A DNA stretch of 62,214 bases, counting the filler. It is 5 parts of 5 records of this genome, joined end to end, with 100 filler letters (N's around TTAATTAATTAA, not from the genome) between each part and the next. Parts side by side here need not be neighbours in the genome. Positions count along the whole stretch, not along the records: positions 1 to 15,153 come from SRR20825010_4276; positions 15,254 to 38,221 come from SRR20825010_4277; 3 more parts are not named here. The stretch is one strand, 5' to 3'. The notes under the pieces were generated by a model, which was not told the origin of the DNA, made no database searches, and worked only from the letters and a program-made list of their open reading frames with translations. The position numbers and the translations under genes are program-made. Every line of letters starts with the position of its first letter. Position 1 is the first letter of the stretch. Shown piece by piece: positions 8,911-18,264 of the stretch.

Positions 8911-10443
8911 TTAATGTTTAAAATGACGTGTTCCTGTAAACACCATTGCAACATTATTTTCATTACAATAATCAATACTTAATTGATCTTTTATGGAACC
9001 TCCTGGCTGAATTACACTTGTAATTCCTGCCTTATCTGCAATTTCTACACAATCTGGAAATGGGAAGAAAGCATCACTAGCCATTGCAGCTCCATTAAGG
9101 TCGAAACTAAAAGATTTTGCTTTCTCAATAGCCTGCCTTAAAGCATCCACTCTACTTGTTTGCCCTGTACCACTTGCACAAAGTTGTAAGTTCTTAGCAA
9201 AAACAATTGTATTAGATTTTGTATGCTTACAAATTTTAGAAGCAAACAATAAATCCTTTAACTCACTTTCGGTAGGTTTATTGTTAGTCTCATAAGTAAT
9301 ATCTTCTAAAACATCTGTTTTAAGGTCTTTTTCCTGAACCAAAACTCCATTCAGACAAGAACGAACAGTTGTTTTAGGAAGTTCTATATCTTTTTGAACT
9401 AAAAGGATTCTATTCTTTTTCCCCTTTAAAACCTCTAAAGCCTGCGCAGAATATGAAGGCGCAATTACTACTTCACAAAATAAAGAATGAATCTCCTCAG
9501 CAGTTTCTGCATCAATTTCTGTATTTGAAATTAAAATACCTCCAAAAGCAGAAACAGGATCTCCAGCCAACGCATCTACATATGCCTCCTTTATAGTTGC
9601 TCTAGTTGCAACCCCACACGCATTATTGTGTTTTAAAATAGCAAATGTCGGATCATCATTTTTAAACTCTCCCATTAAGTTTACGGCAGCATCCACATCT
9701 AGTAAATTATTATAGGAAAGCTCTTTTCCATGAAGTTTATCAAACATCTCGTCCATATTTCCGTAAAAATATCCTTTTTGATGTGGATTCTCTCCATAAC
9801 GTAATGTTTGGCCATTAGATTCGCTTACTTTATAAGCCTCTAATTCTTCTGTCTGATTGAAGTAATTAAAGATTGCGCTATCATAATGCGAAGAAACATT
9901 GAAAGCTTTAGCTGCAAAACGTTTTCTATTCTCAATAGAAGTTTGTCCATTTTGCGTTGTTATAATATCCAAAAATTCTGCATAATCTTCCATAGAAGAA
10001 ACGCAAATAACATCTTTGAAATTTTTAGCAGCAGCTCTAATTAAAGAAATTCCTCCTATATCAATTTTTTCAATAATATCTTGCTCGCTTGCTCCACTAG
10101 CTACCGTTTTTTCAAACGGATATAAATCTACAATAACAATGTCAAGCTGTGGAATTTCATATTGCGCTAATTCTGCAACATCTCCATCATGATCTTGTCT
10201 GTTTAAAATTCCACCAAAAACTTTTGGATGCAATGTTTTAACACGCCCTCCTAAAATTGAAGGATAGCTAGTAACATCTTCCACAGGGATCACGTTTATA
10301 CCCAGATCTTTTATAAATTTCTCGGTTCCTCCAGTAGAGTAAATTGTTACTCCTTGCTCATCTAATTTCTTTACAATTGGTTCTAATCCGTCTTTACTGA
10401 AAACAGAAATTAAAGCCGATTTGGCTTGCTTCAAATTATTCAT
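8911..10443 (-). CDS. purH: Bifunctional AICAR transformylase / IMP cyclohydrolase
   Basis: GRVKTLHP, LRYGENPHQ, SDAFFPF and TGTRHFKH motifs. Confidence 0.98.
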   Translation of the reverse strand: MNNLKQAKSALISVFSKDGLEPIVKKLDEQGVTIYSTGGTEKFIKDLGINVIPVEDVTSYPSILGGRVKTLHPKVFGGILNRQDHDGDVAELAQYEIPQLDIVIVDLYPFEKTVASGASEQDIIEKIDIGGISLIRAAAKNFKDVICVSSMEDYAEFLDIITTQNGQTSIENRKRFAAKAFNVSSHYDSAIFNYFNQTEELEAYKVSESNGQTLRYGENPHQKGYFYGNMDEMFDKLHGKELSYNNLLDVDAAVNLMGEFKNDDPTFAILKHNNACGVATRATIKEAYVDALAGDPVSAFGGILISNTEIDAETAEEIHSLFCEVVIAPSYSAQALEVLKGKKNRILLVQKDIELPKTTVRSCLNGVLVQEKDLKTDVLEDITYETNNKPTESELKDLLFASKICKHTKSNTIVFAKNLQLCASGTGQTSRVDALRQAIEKAKSFSFDLNGAAMASDAFFPFPDCVEIADKAGITSVIQPGGSIKDQLSIDYCNENNVAMVFTGTRHFKH

Positions 10444-10469
10444 TGTTATTGTGTTGTTTTTGGATTGTG

Positions 10470-10477
10470 CAAAAGTA
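10470..10477 (-). promoter_or_regulatory. Bacteroidota housekeeping -7 promoter element for purH
   Basis: TACTTTTG on the minus strand matches TAnnTTTG, 26 nt upstream of the ATG. Confidence 0.6.
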
Positions 10478-10512
10478 ATTTATTTGCATTAAATAGTTGT
10501 GCTGTATAAAAG

Positions 10513-10538
10513 AAAAAAACAGCATTAAAGCTGTTTTT
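10513..10538 (-). terminator. Intrinsic terminator after the GAF gene
   Basis: AAAAACAGC...GCTGTTTTT hairpin. Confidence 0.65.
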
Positions 10539-10553
10539 AGATTATTATATGCT

Positions 10554-11012
10554 TTATTTTAGAATTGAAGCTACTTGGCTATTTACAAATTCCAAAAATT
10601 CTTCATCGTCTTTAGAAAATGGATCTGCAGTATGCGAATCAATATCTATTTGTCCAATATTTTCCCCGTTTACAAAAAGTGGAATTACAATTTCAGCTTT
10701 TACAAAAATGCTACATGCAATATAATTGTTTTGCGCTTTTACATCGGGTACTACAAAATTGCTATTGGAAACAGCCACTTGGCCGCAAATTCCTTTTCCA
10801 AAAGGGATAATAGTATGATCTGATGGCTCTCCAGCAAACGAACGTAACTTTAATTCTTCTTTATTTCCATTTCTGAAATAAAAACCAACCCAATCATAAT
10901 ATGGAACATTCTCTTGCAGAAGCTCGCAAATACCTGTTAATCTATCATCAACTGAGGCATCTTCCCTCTTGATTATATTGTTTACTTCAGATTTTAAATC
11001 TTCAAATGTCAT
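10554..11012 (-). CDS. Stand-alone GAF domain protein (free Met-R-sulfoxide reductase-like)
   Basis: DWVGFY, IPFGKGICG, YIACS and IDIDS motifs. A TACCTTTG -7 element at 11028-11035 overlaps the ORF-track TTG start, so ATG 11012 is preferred. Confidence 0.85.
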   Translation of the reverse strand: MTFEDLKSEVNNIIKREDASVDDRLTGICELLQENVPYYDWVGFYFRNGNKEELKLRSFAGEPSDHTIIPFGKGICGQVAVSNSNFVVPDVKAQNNYIACSIFVKAEIVIPLFVNGENIGQIDIDSHTADPFSKDDEEFLEFVNSQVASILK

Positions 11013-11186
11013 CTTAAAAAATTTTGACAAAGGTATAATAAAGTTTAATGTTTATAAAGTTTGTATTCTGAAAAGAAGAATATCATTTCACTGTAAAAAC
11101 GAAGACTCCTCCCCCCCATTTAACAAGAAAATTTTTACTTTAGAAATTATTTCTTACCTTAGGAATAAACTTAAAAATAAAAGAAA

Positions 11187-11396
11187 ATGAAAAAAATAAT
11201 ATTAAGTGCATCTATGTTATTGATAGCAGGAGGTGCTTTTGTATCGTGTAAAGAAACAACAAAGGAAAAAGAAGTTATTATAAAAGAAGAACCTGCCGCA
11301 GAAGAAGACCAAGGTGTTCTTGAGCGCGTTGGCGAAAAGGTAGACGATAAAGTTGACGAAGAAGTAGATGAAACTATTGATAAGATAGGAGACTAA
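11187..11396 (+). CDS. Small acidic lipoprotein, unknown function
   Basis: MKK plus a hydrophobic stretch and FVSC lipobox, followed by a Glu/Asp/Lys-rich tail. Confidence 0.75.
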   Translation: MKKIILSASMLLIAGGAFVSCKETTKEKEVIIKEEPAAEEDQGVLERVGEKVDDKVDEEVDETIDKIGD

Positions 11397-11470
11397 TTTC
11401 AATCAAAATAGCACCTTAGTAAAAAACAATTAGCTTACATATTAGTAGTTTTTTTGCTAAGCCAAAAGGG

Positions 11471-11653
11471 GCTGTTTAAGCAGTAATTGTCGTTGTCGAA
11501 CTGAGCTTGTCGTTGTCAACTGAGCTTGTCGAAGTTTCGAACATCTCAACTCAAAATGTCATCCTTCGACAAGCTCAGGAGGACATCTCGACCAAGAAGA
11601 CATTTCGACAAGCTCAGGAGGACATTTTGAGTTTTGGGCACTTTTTAAACAGC
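11471..11653. repeat. Composite MITE-like / REP cluster
   Basis: 9-bp terminal IR GCTGTTTAA...TTAAACAGC. Internal CTGAGCTTGTCG / TTCGACAAGCTCAG units, a duplicated TTCGACAAGCTCAGGAGGACAT and a nested IR AACTCAAAATGTC/GACATTTTGAGTT. Confidence 0.8.
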
Positions 11654-11664
11654 TTCTTTTTAAC

Positions 11665-12540
11665 TTACCCTCTAGGCATTTCAATATAAGAATCGTCATT
11701 ACTCACCTCTGGAAACTCTCTATTAATCCATCGCTCCTTAGCCTTTTCTATGGTCTCTTTTTCTGAAGCTACAAAATTCCAAAAAATATGTTTCTCTTCA
11801 GGAAAAGCTTCTCCTCCAAATAAGAGCAAATGTGTATGCTCGGCAACTTCTACTTTACAAACATCTTCCGTTTTAGAAACAATCATATTTCCTTCATCAA
11901 TTTTTTCATCACAAGCCTGAATACTTCCCTTTACAATACAAATTCCAATCTCTCCTTTTACTTGATCTACAACCTCTAAATTAGTTTTACCTGTGGTCTT
12001 TATTTCAACCATAAACAAAGGAGAATGAACTGGAACAGGCGATTTCTTTCCAAAAGCCTCCCCAGCAATTAATGTATAATTAGCTCCTTCTTTTTCCCAT
12101 TTCGGCAATTGCTTCTTTTCAATATGATGAAATTCGGGTTCCATTGCTTCTAATTCTTCAGGTAATGCTACCCATATTTGAAAACCATGAGTTGTAAACG
12201 CTTCGCCATTTCTTAAAAGCTCTGGCGTACGTTCGGTATGCACAGCGCCCTTTCCAGCTGTCATCCAATTAACAGATCCTGGGGTAATTACTTGATCACT
12301 CCCAACACTATCTCGGTGCCTAATTTCTCCTTCAAATAAATACGTAAGCGTGGAAATTCCAATATGTGGATGCTGACCAATATCCATATAATTACCAGGT
12401 TTTATAGTTGTTGGCCCCATATGGTCTATAAATATAAAAGGACCTACCATTCTTTTTTTTCTGAAGGGAAGTAATCTTCCCACTAAAAAATCTCCAATAT
12501 CTCGAGCACGCTCTTCTATAATTAAACCTTTGTTTGACAT
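11665..12540 (-). CDS. Pirin family protein
   Basis: GPFIFIDH, HPHIG, WMTAGKGAVHTE and QIWVALP motifs. Confidence 0.95.
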   Translation of the reverse strand: MSNKGLIIEERARDIGDFLVGRLLPFRKKRMVGPFIFIDHMGPTTIKPGNYMDIGQHPHIGISTLTYLFEGEIRHRDSVGSDQVITPGSVNWMTAGKGAVHTERTPELLRNGEAFTTHGFQIWVALPEELEAMEPEFHHIEKKQLPKWEKEGANYTLIAGEAFGKKSPVPVHSPLFMVEIKTTGKTNLEVVDQVKGEIGICIVKGSIQACDEKIDEGNMIVSKTEDVCKVEVAEHTHLLLFGGEAFPEEKHIFWNFVASEKETIEKAKERWINREFPEVSNDDSYIEMPRG

Positions 12541-12601
12541 ATTTTTTCTTTTTTATAAAGATAGCTATACAAGAGAAACTATTTTAAAATAATACCCTAA
12601 T

Positions 12602-12637
12602 AAAAAAGTCGCCTAAAAAATTAATTTTTAGACGACT
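12602..12637 (-). terminator. Intrinsic terminator after gldN
   Basis: AGTCGCCTAAAAA...TTTTTAGACGACT hairpin with an A tract on the left (T tract on minus). Confidence 0.65.
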
Positions 12638-12677
12638 CTTAAATGTTATTTTGTATTGAATTGGTAGCTATTTAATT

Positions 12678-13568
12678 TTAATAACTCCACATATCTTGTT
12701 CCTTATCTCTTATTTTCTCTTCTAAACGTTGAGATTCTAACAATTGAAACATGGCATTATCTGGGATATAATCTTTAATAGATCTATCTCCTTGCACATT
12801 TTCTTCTTTGTATATAACAGCGTTAAAACGTCTGGCATTTAACAATTGATCGAAAGAAATTGGTCTTGAAGAATTTTTATTATTAAAGGCTTTTGCTTCG
12901 TGTAAAATATCTCTTGAACTTGGAAACCAAACCCAGAATAACTCTACTAAATCTGATTGCTCACTGTCAATAAAATTCACATCTGGAGCAACAGGCGCTA
13001 GCCCTAGCAAACGATATTTTAATTCTCCTTGACGCTTATCAAAGTACCAAACTCCTTTAATACGCCATTCTTGAATATCGGCAGCTGTAAGCTCTCTTCG
13101 GTTTATATACTCTAAAGAAACTTGCTCTCCAGCATTTAGTTGTTCATATCCAAGATCTGTAGTATCCACTTTTTGCAAAGTAGCTTCTAAATCTCCAAAT
13201 TTTCTTTTTTCGGTAAAATACGAATCAACATAAATATCCTTTAAATTTCCATTTTTGATATTTTTAATGATGACATCGTATAAAGATCTACGCTCGCTTC
13301 CTATATCTACAGTATCTATTGGATAATAATATGGGAAGTTAATACGCTCATCTAAATCGATTCGCTCCCACACAGTTTTAGACCAAAGAATATCTCTATC
13401 GTCTACATAACCGTATGGCAAAGGCTCATCGTTATCGGCCTCTATCTGATCCACCGTTTTTACACCAACTTCTTCTGGAAACTCTGCATTTAATAGGTTT
13501 GCTTGCGCAAAACTACTTGCAGACACAAGAACAGTTGTTATAGTTAATACAATACCTTTCCAATTCAT
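12678..13568 (-). CDS. gldN: Gliding motility / T9SS protein GldN (PorN)
   Basis: LPYGYVDDRDILWSK, WYFDKRQGELKYRLLG and EQDMWSY; follows gldM. Confidence 0.95.
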   Translation of the reverse strand: MNWKGIVLTITTVLVSASSFAQANLLNAEFPEEVGVKTVDQIEADNDEPLPYGYVDDRDILWSKTVWERIDLDERINFPYYYPIDTVDIGSERRSLYDVIIKNIKNGNLKDIYVDSYFTEKRKFGDLEATLQKVDTTDLGYEQLNAGEQVSLEYINRRELTAADIQEWRIKGVWYFDKRQGELKYRLLGLAPVAPDVNFIDSEQSDLVELFWVWFPSSRDILHEAKAFNNKNSSRPISFDQLLNARRFNAVIYKEENVQGDRSIKDYIPDNAMFQLLESQRLEEKIRDKEQDMWSY

Positions 13569-13583
13569 AACATCAATAATTTA

Positions 13584-15153
13584 TTAATTTGTTAGCTCAA
13601 CAACAACAGGCGATACTTTTTTAAGTTTGTAAGATCTGTTATTAGTTATATAAGCCTCAATATCAAAAATCTGAACTGCCTCTCCTCTACCTGCTCTTTT
13701 AAGTGCAGATTTAGCTCGGCTATCTAATTTGTTTCCTCTAACCTCAACAGTTGGCTGACCAGGTACTTTAAATTTAAAGCCACTAATAGCTAAGTTTAAA
13801 TCGAAGTCAAAGTCTTCTAACATCGCTCCTACAGTAGAGATTTCAAGGTTATTTCTTGGCATTTTAATTTCGCCATATTCACCTCTTACCGTTCCTGAAG
13901 GACGTGGAATATCTTTAATTCTGAATTCTGAAGTTGAAGAAACTCCTTGACCGTCTGGAAGTGTTCCACTTGCCTTAATCACAACAGTTCTTCCTGTCCC
14001 AGGATTCATTGCATACTTACTTCCAGAAACTTTTTTAAGTCCGGCCGCAGATGCACTTACTTTATTATCTGGAATACCAGGAATAGAAATTGTAATAGGA
14101 TTAGAAACTCCACGGTACACCACATTCATTTTATCTGCTGAAATTACTGCCGCATTTGGCTTGGTAATAGTTGCAAATTTTTGAGAAACTGGCACTTCTA
14201 TTGGCTCTCCATCTTGTTTAAAGATTAAGTTCCCTTCAAGAGTATGATCTCCTGCTGAACCAGCACTTACTTTAAGTTTTACTCGCCCGTTTTCAATAAC
14301 GAAATCATCTCCTTCTTTAAGATCTCTTCCGTCTAACTTAAGATTTACTTCGTTAGGCTTAGTACTTCCATCTTTTCTCCCTAAAACAATTGCTCCATCA
14401 AAAGTTTCTCCTTGATAGTAAGCAGATTTAGGCTGCTCTAACAACGTAGTATAATTGGTCATTGAAAGATCGGAAGCCATTTGCCCTTGCAACATCGCTT
14501 TTAAAATCTCATCTTGAGTAGTTTTAATATCCGACTGTAATAAAGTAACCTTTGTTAAAGAGGCTACTAAAGGAAATCCTTCGTAATGATAGTTTAACCA
14601 ATCGATCTTTTTACCATCTCTATTTTCCGCTTTTCCATTTTCATCTCCTGTAGTAAAACGAGTTTCGATAGAAGATTTCAAAGCCGATTTCTGAGCAGGT
14701 TTCATTAAAGAATCTGGAATCTCAGTAATCGTTTCTATAGAGCTCTCTCTAAAGTTGTTAATATAATTTACAAATTTTTGTCCTTCCGCAGAATAACGAT
14801 CCCCTTGAAAGAAAGCCTGATCTAGGTAATCCGACTTATCCATTACTTCATAATCTTGAAGATCTTCTTGTGGAATTTTAGAAACCATCTGTCCTTTTAA
14901 GCTATCTAAATAACTATTAAACTTCATTGATGTTTCTTTTATTTCTTCTACATCTCTAAAAAGAGCTTCGTATTTTTCTGGCTGTTCTGTAGATTTTAAT
15001 TTCAAATCGTTAAACGCTGCCAAGTTACGTTCTGTAGCTTTTTCATTAAAGTTTGTAAGCTTTTCGTTTAATAATCCAAAAGCCGACAATACTTCTTTAC
15101 TCATATTCAACGCCAACATTGCAATGAAAACCAAATACATTAGGTTAATCATC
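13584..15153 (-). CDS. gldM: Gliding motility / T9SS motor protein GldM (PorM), 5' end cut by contig end
   Basis: MINLMYLVFIAMLALNMSKEVL, FPLVASLTK and DKMNVVYRGV motifs. Confidence 0.96.
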
Positions 15154-15253
15154 NNNNNNNNNNNNNNNNNNNNNNNNNNNNNNNNNNNNNNNNNNNNTTA
15201 ATTAATTAANNNNNNNNNNNNNNNNNNNNNNNNNNNNNNNNNNNNNNNNNNNN
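15154..15253. other. Artificial contig spacer
   Basis: N run with a central TTAATTAATTAA (stops in all frames). Confidence 0.99.
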
Positions 15254-16368
15254 TGAGCCACGAAATCCGTACGCCAATGAACGGAATATTGGGTATGGCC
15301 GACATTTTACTAAACACCATGCTCACCGAGGAGCAACGCAAGTATCTCTCAGCCATCGACTACTCAGCTAAAAATTTGCTTGTGATCATCAATGACATAC
15401 TGGATTTATCCAAAATAAATGCTGAAAAACTAGAATTTGAAAAGGTCAACTTCCGCATCATGGACGTGGTGTCTTCGGTAGAAAATACACTCAAATTTAA
15501 AGCCCATGACAAGGGTATTAATTTCAATATCATTATCGACAAAAAGATACCCGACACGATGCTGGGTGACCCTGTCAGGTTGAGTCAAATAATCCTAAAC
15601 ATTGCTGGAAATGCAGTGAAATTTACCGAAAAAGGTGGTGTGGAAGTCTTCTGCCAACTGGATGAAACCAACGCAGACGGTTATCGTATTCAGACAATCG
15701 TCAAGGATACGGGAATCGGCATCCCACAAAACAAAATCGCCACTATTTTCGAAAGTTTCGGGCAGGTGAGTGCCAAAATCACAAACAAATTTGGAGGAAC
15801 AGGACTTGGTTTGCCTATTTCCAAAAAACTAATCGAACAGCAAGGTGGTGAAATGATGGTGACCAGCGAAGAGGGTGCCGGAAGTACATTCACCTTTACT
15901 TTACAATATGGTTACCCTATAACGGAAGTGGAAGAAAAAGAAGATACATTTAGCGTAGATTTAGAAAAAGTAGAGAGCTCCGACATTCGCATTTTGGTTG
16001 CGGAGGACAATCAGATCAATCAGATCGTAGCGAAGACCGTATTGAAACGGTTCGGTTTTCAAGTAGAAATCGTGGAAAATGGCTTATTAGCCATTGAGGC
16101 CCTGAAGAAAAATCATTACGACCTGATATTGATGGACGTACATATGCCGGAAATGGATGGCCTGGAAGCCACCCGACACATTCGAGCCGAACTGGAGTCT
16201 CCAAAACGCGATATCAAAATCATGGCTATGACCGCTTCAGTTCTGAAGAAAGAAATTGACAAATGTTTCGATGCGGGTATGGACGACTATATGGCCAAAC
16301 CATTTGTGCCAAAACTGCTCCATGAGAAGATAATGAGCATGTTGTTTAAGGTTCAAAAGGTGGCGTAA
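15254..16368 (+). CDS. Hybrid sensor histidine kinase / response regulator, 5' partial
   Basis: SHEIRTPMNG H-box at the contig start; NAVKFT, DTGIGI and GGTGLGL motifs; receiver LILMDVHMPEMDG. Confidence 0.93.
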
Positions 16369-16386
16369 GATCTAGCAATAAAGCAC

Positions 16387-16415
16387 AAAAAAGCCCTCGA
16401 ATGATTTCCGAGGGC
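16387..16415 (-). terminator. Terminator at the end of the PUL, between convergent genes
   Basis: AAAAAA-GCCCTCG...CGAGGGC. Confidence 0.65.
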
Positions 16416-16439
16416 CCATTCTAACTTACTACATAAAAA

Positions 16440-18185
16440 TCAAAATTTACCTACTCTGTGATGCAGCAGCCCAAAATCGGTGACCAGTCGGATCATGTAG
16501 ATGCCCTTGGGTTCATCGGATAAATCAATCAAAGTTTCAGACTGCATGGCCAAGCCAGACATTGTGTTCACCCGGTTACCTTCTAAATTATATACTTGGA
16601 TTTCATGAATGCTTTCGAAGAAATCTGTCTTGAGAACAAGACTATTTTGGGTTGGATTAGGGTAATAGCTCCACGAAGCACTCGGTAGTGCAGCCAAAAG
16701 CATCTCCTCTTCCTCCTCATTCTCTTCTTCTATTTCTTCAAAAACAGGACTTACATAATTAGCAAAATCCGGCAATTCATCAAAGGTGATTACATAGTCA
16801 TGATTGTAGACCGCATTTAAGTGAGACACCCCATTCTTCACTCCATCGGTGATAAACTCACCCGACCAGGTGCAAAACCAACTCCATGCGGCTTTTTCGC
16901 TTTTTAGCGCATCTGCATTGGGAATGGTTCCAGTTTCGGACATAGTGATTATTTTGGTTCCGCCATGCAAACCAGCCAAATCATCAAACAAACTGAAACT
17001 GGCTGAGTAATTCCCATCATTTAAATAAATATCGGCTCCTACTATATCCACATACTCATCGCCGGGATACCAGTTCAGGGCTGCTTCGCTATTCGTCCCT
17101 GTCCAAATCCAAATGAGGTTATTAAAGCCATGATGATTCGTCAACCGATCATATAAGAGTTTCCACAACCACACGCATGATTCCGGCCCTTTTGATCCCC
17201 ACCAAAACCAGCCCCCCTCCGCCTCATGCAAAGGTCGCCACAGAATTGGCACATCGGCATCTGCAAGCAGTTTTAGCTGTGCAGCGATGGCATCCATGTC
17301 TCGAAGAATCAATTGATACTCTTCCGAATGCTGATCATTCATGGCAATCGAAAGGTCAAACGTAGTAGCGTAGGTGTAAAAGCCGCTCCACCAGCGGGCA
17401 TCCGGCGTATCCAACAGATCCTTTGGGGCATTCCAATGCCACATCATAGAAACGATACCGCCACGCTCCCACCAATCGATCGATTGCATGGTTTGCTGAG
17501 AAGTAGTACCTCGTTCTACTCGTGATGGGGAATAATCAATCAGGTCGAAACCTTTAACGGCGGGTAGTTTACCCGTGTGTTTCTGCAGGTAATCAAATTC
17601 TACATTGCCACCATCACCAGCCTGCTGCCCGGAGAGAATCCGATGACCATAAAGGTCTCTCAAATACCGATAAAGAATGTTGGCATTGGCAGTAGCTTCT
17701 AGATTGATCAATGATTCAGAAAAATTGTTCGTTTCATTTGGGACTGTAGGTGCCACACGTACATAATCCACATCAAAGTATCCCCAGTTTTTTACAATTT
17801 TAATTTCGTTCGATCCTTCCTTCAGATTCACTTTTCCAAATACGCTTTCTTTGAACGTTTCCGTCTGAGCGTAAATCTGGTTGCCCGAAAAGACTCCATT
17901 TACATAAATGTCGTTCGTCTTTTCACCGGATGGTGCAGCATAGCCTACCCAAAGATCATAGAGGCCTTCATCCGCGACCGCAACCGTCATGGTCACAGCA
18001 TCCCTATCGGAATCAAAACCTGTTACATAACCTGTGCCGGAATAACCCTGACGAGAAGTTTGAACGACTGTGCCCGAAAGCACCCCACTTTCGGCCTCAA
18101 CCTTTTGGGAATGTGAAGCAATGGAGAGAAGTAAAGCACTGAGAAAAAGAAGCTGTTTCATTTGAAAACGTGGTTTGACCATCAT
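16440..18185 (-). CDS. Secreted endo-beta-1,4-mannanase: signal peptide, CBM35, GH26, T9SS CTD (start probably ATG 18161)
   Basis: EAESG..GYSGTGYVTGF and WGYFDVDY (CBM35). WRPLHEAEGGWFWWG and SETG carry the GH26 catalytic glutamates. YPNPT...GIYMI is the CTD. Confidence 0.93.
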   Translation of the reverse strand: MMVKPRFQMKQLLFLSALLLSIASHSQKVEAESGVLSGTVVQTSRQGYSGTGYVTGFDSDRDAVTMTVAVADEGLYDLWVGYAAPSGEKTNDIYVNGVFSGNQIYAQTETFKESVFGKVNLKEGSNEIKIVKNWGYFDVDYVRVAPTVPNETNNFSESLINLEATANANILYRYLRDLYGHRILSGQQAGDGGNVEFDYLQKHTGKLPAVKGFDLIDYSPSRVERGTTSQQTMQSIDWWERGGIVSMMWHWNAPKDLLDTPDARWWSGFYTYATTFDLSIAMNDQHSEEYQLILRDMDAIAAQLKLLADADVPILWRPLHEAEGGWFWWGSKGPESCVWLWKLLYDRLTNHHGFNNLIWIWTGTNSEAALNWYPGDEYVDIVGADIYLNDGNYSASFSLFDDLAGLHGGTKIITMSETGTIPNADALKSEKAAWSWFCTWSGEFITDGVKNGVSHLNAVYNHDYVITFDELPDFANYVSPVFEEIEEENEEEEEMLLAALPSASWSYYPNPTQNSLVLKTDFFESIHEIQVYNLEGNRVNTMSGLAMQSETLIDLSDEPKGIYMIRLVTDFGLLHHRVGKF

Positions 18186-18207
18186 CCGTTTCGGTCAGTA
18201 TTGTCAT

Positions 18208-18237
18208 AAAAACAGATGACCCGAGAGCCGGGCCATC
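18208..18237 (-). terminator. Hairpin between the CBM/Ig gene and GH26
   Basis: AAAAACA-GATGACCCG-AGAGC-CGGGCCATC; T tract on the minus strand. Confidence 0.5.
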
Positions 18238-18264
18238 CACAATTAAACCATATGAGCTACTGAG

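Noticed and set aside
11471-11653. CRISPR array, or the 60-aa ORF 11507-11689
   Set aside because: The units occur in both orientations without regular unique spacers and no cas genes are present. The ORF is a by-product of the repeat.
15198-15209. TTAATTAATTAA palindrome recurring four times
   Set aside because: It is an assembly linker inside N runs.
15254-16368. Hybrid kinase as the PUL regulator
   Set aside because: It is convergent, separated by a terminator and has no visible sugar-sensing domain; the PUL has its own HTCS.
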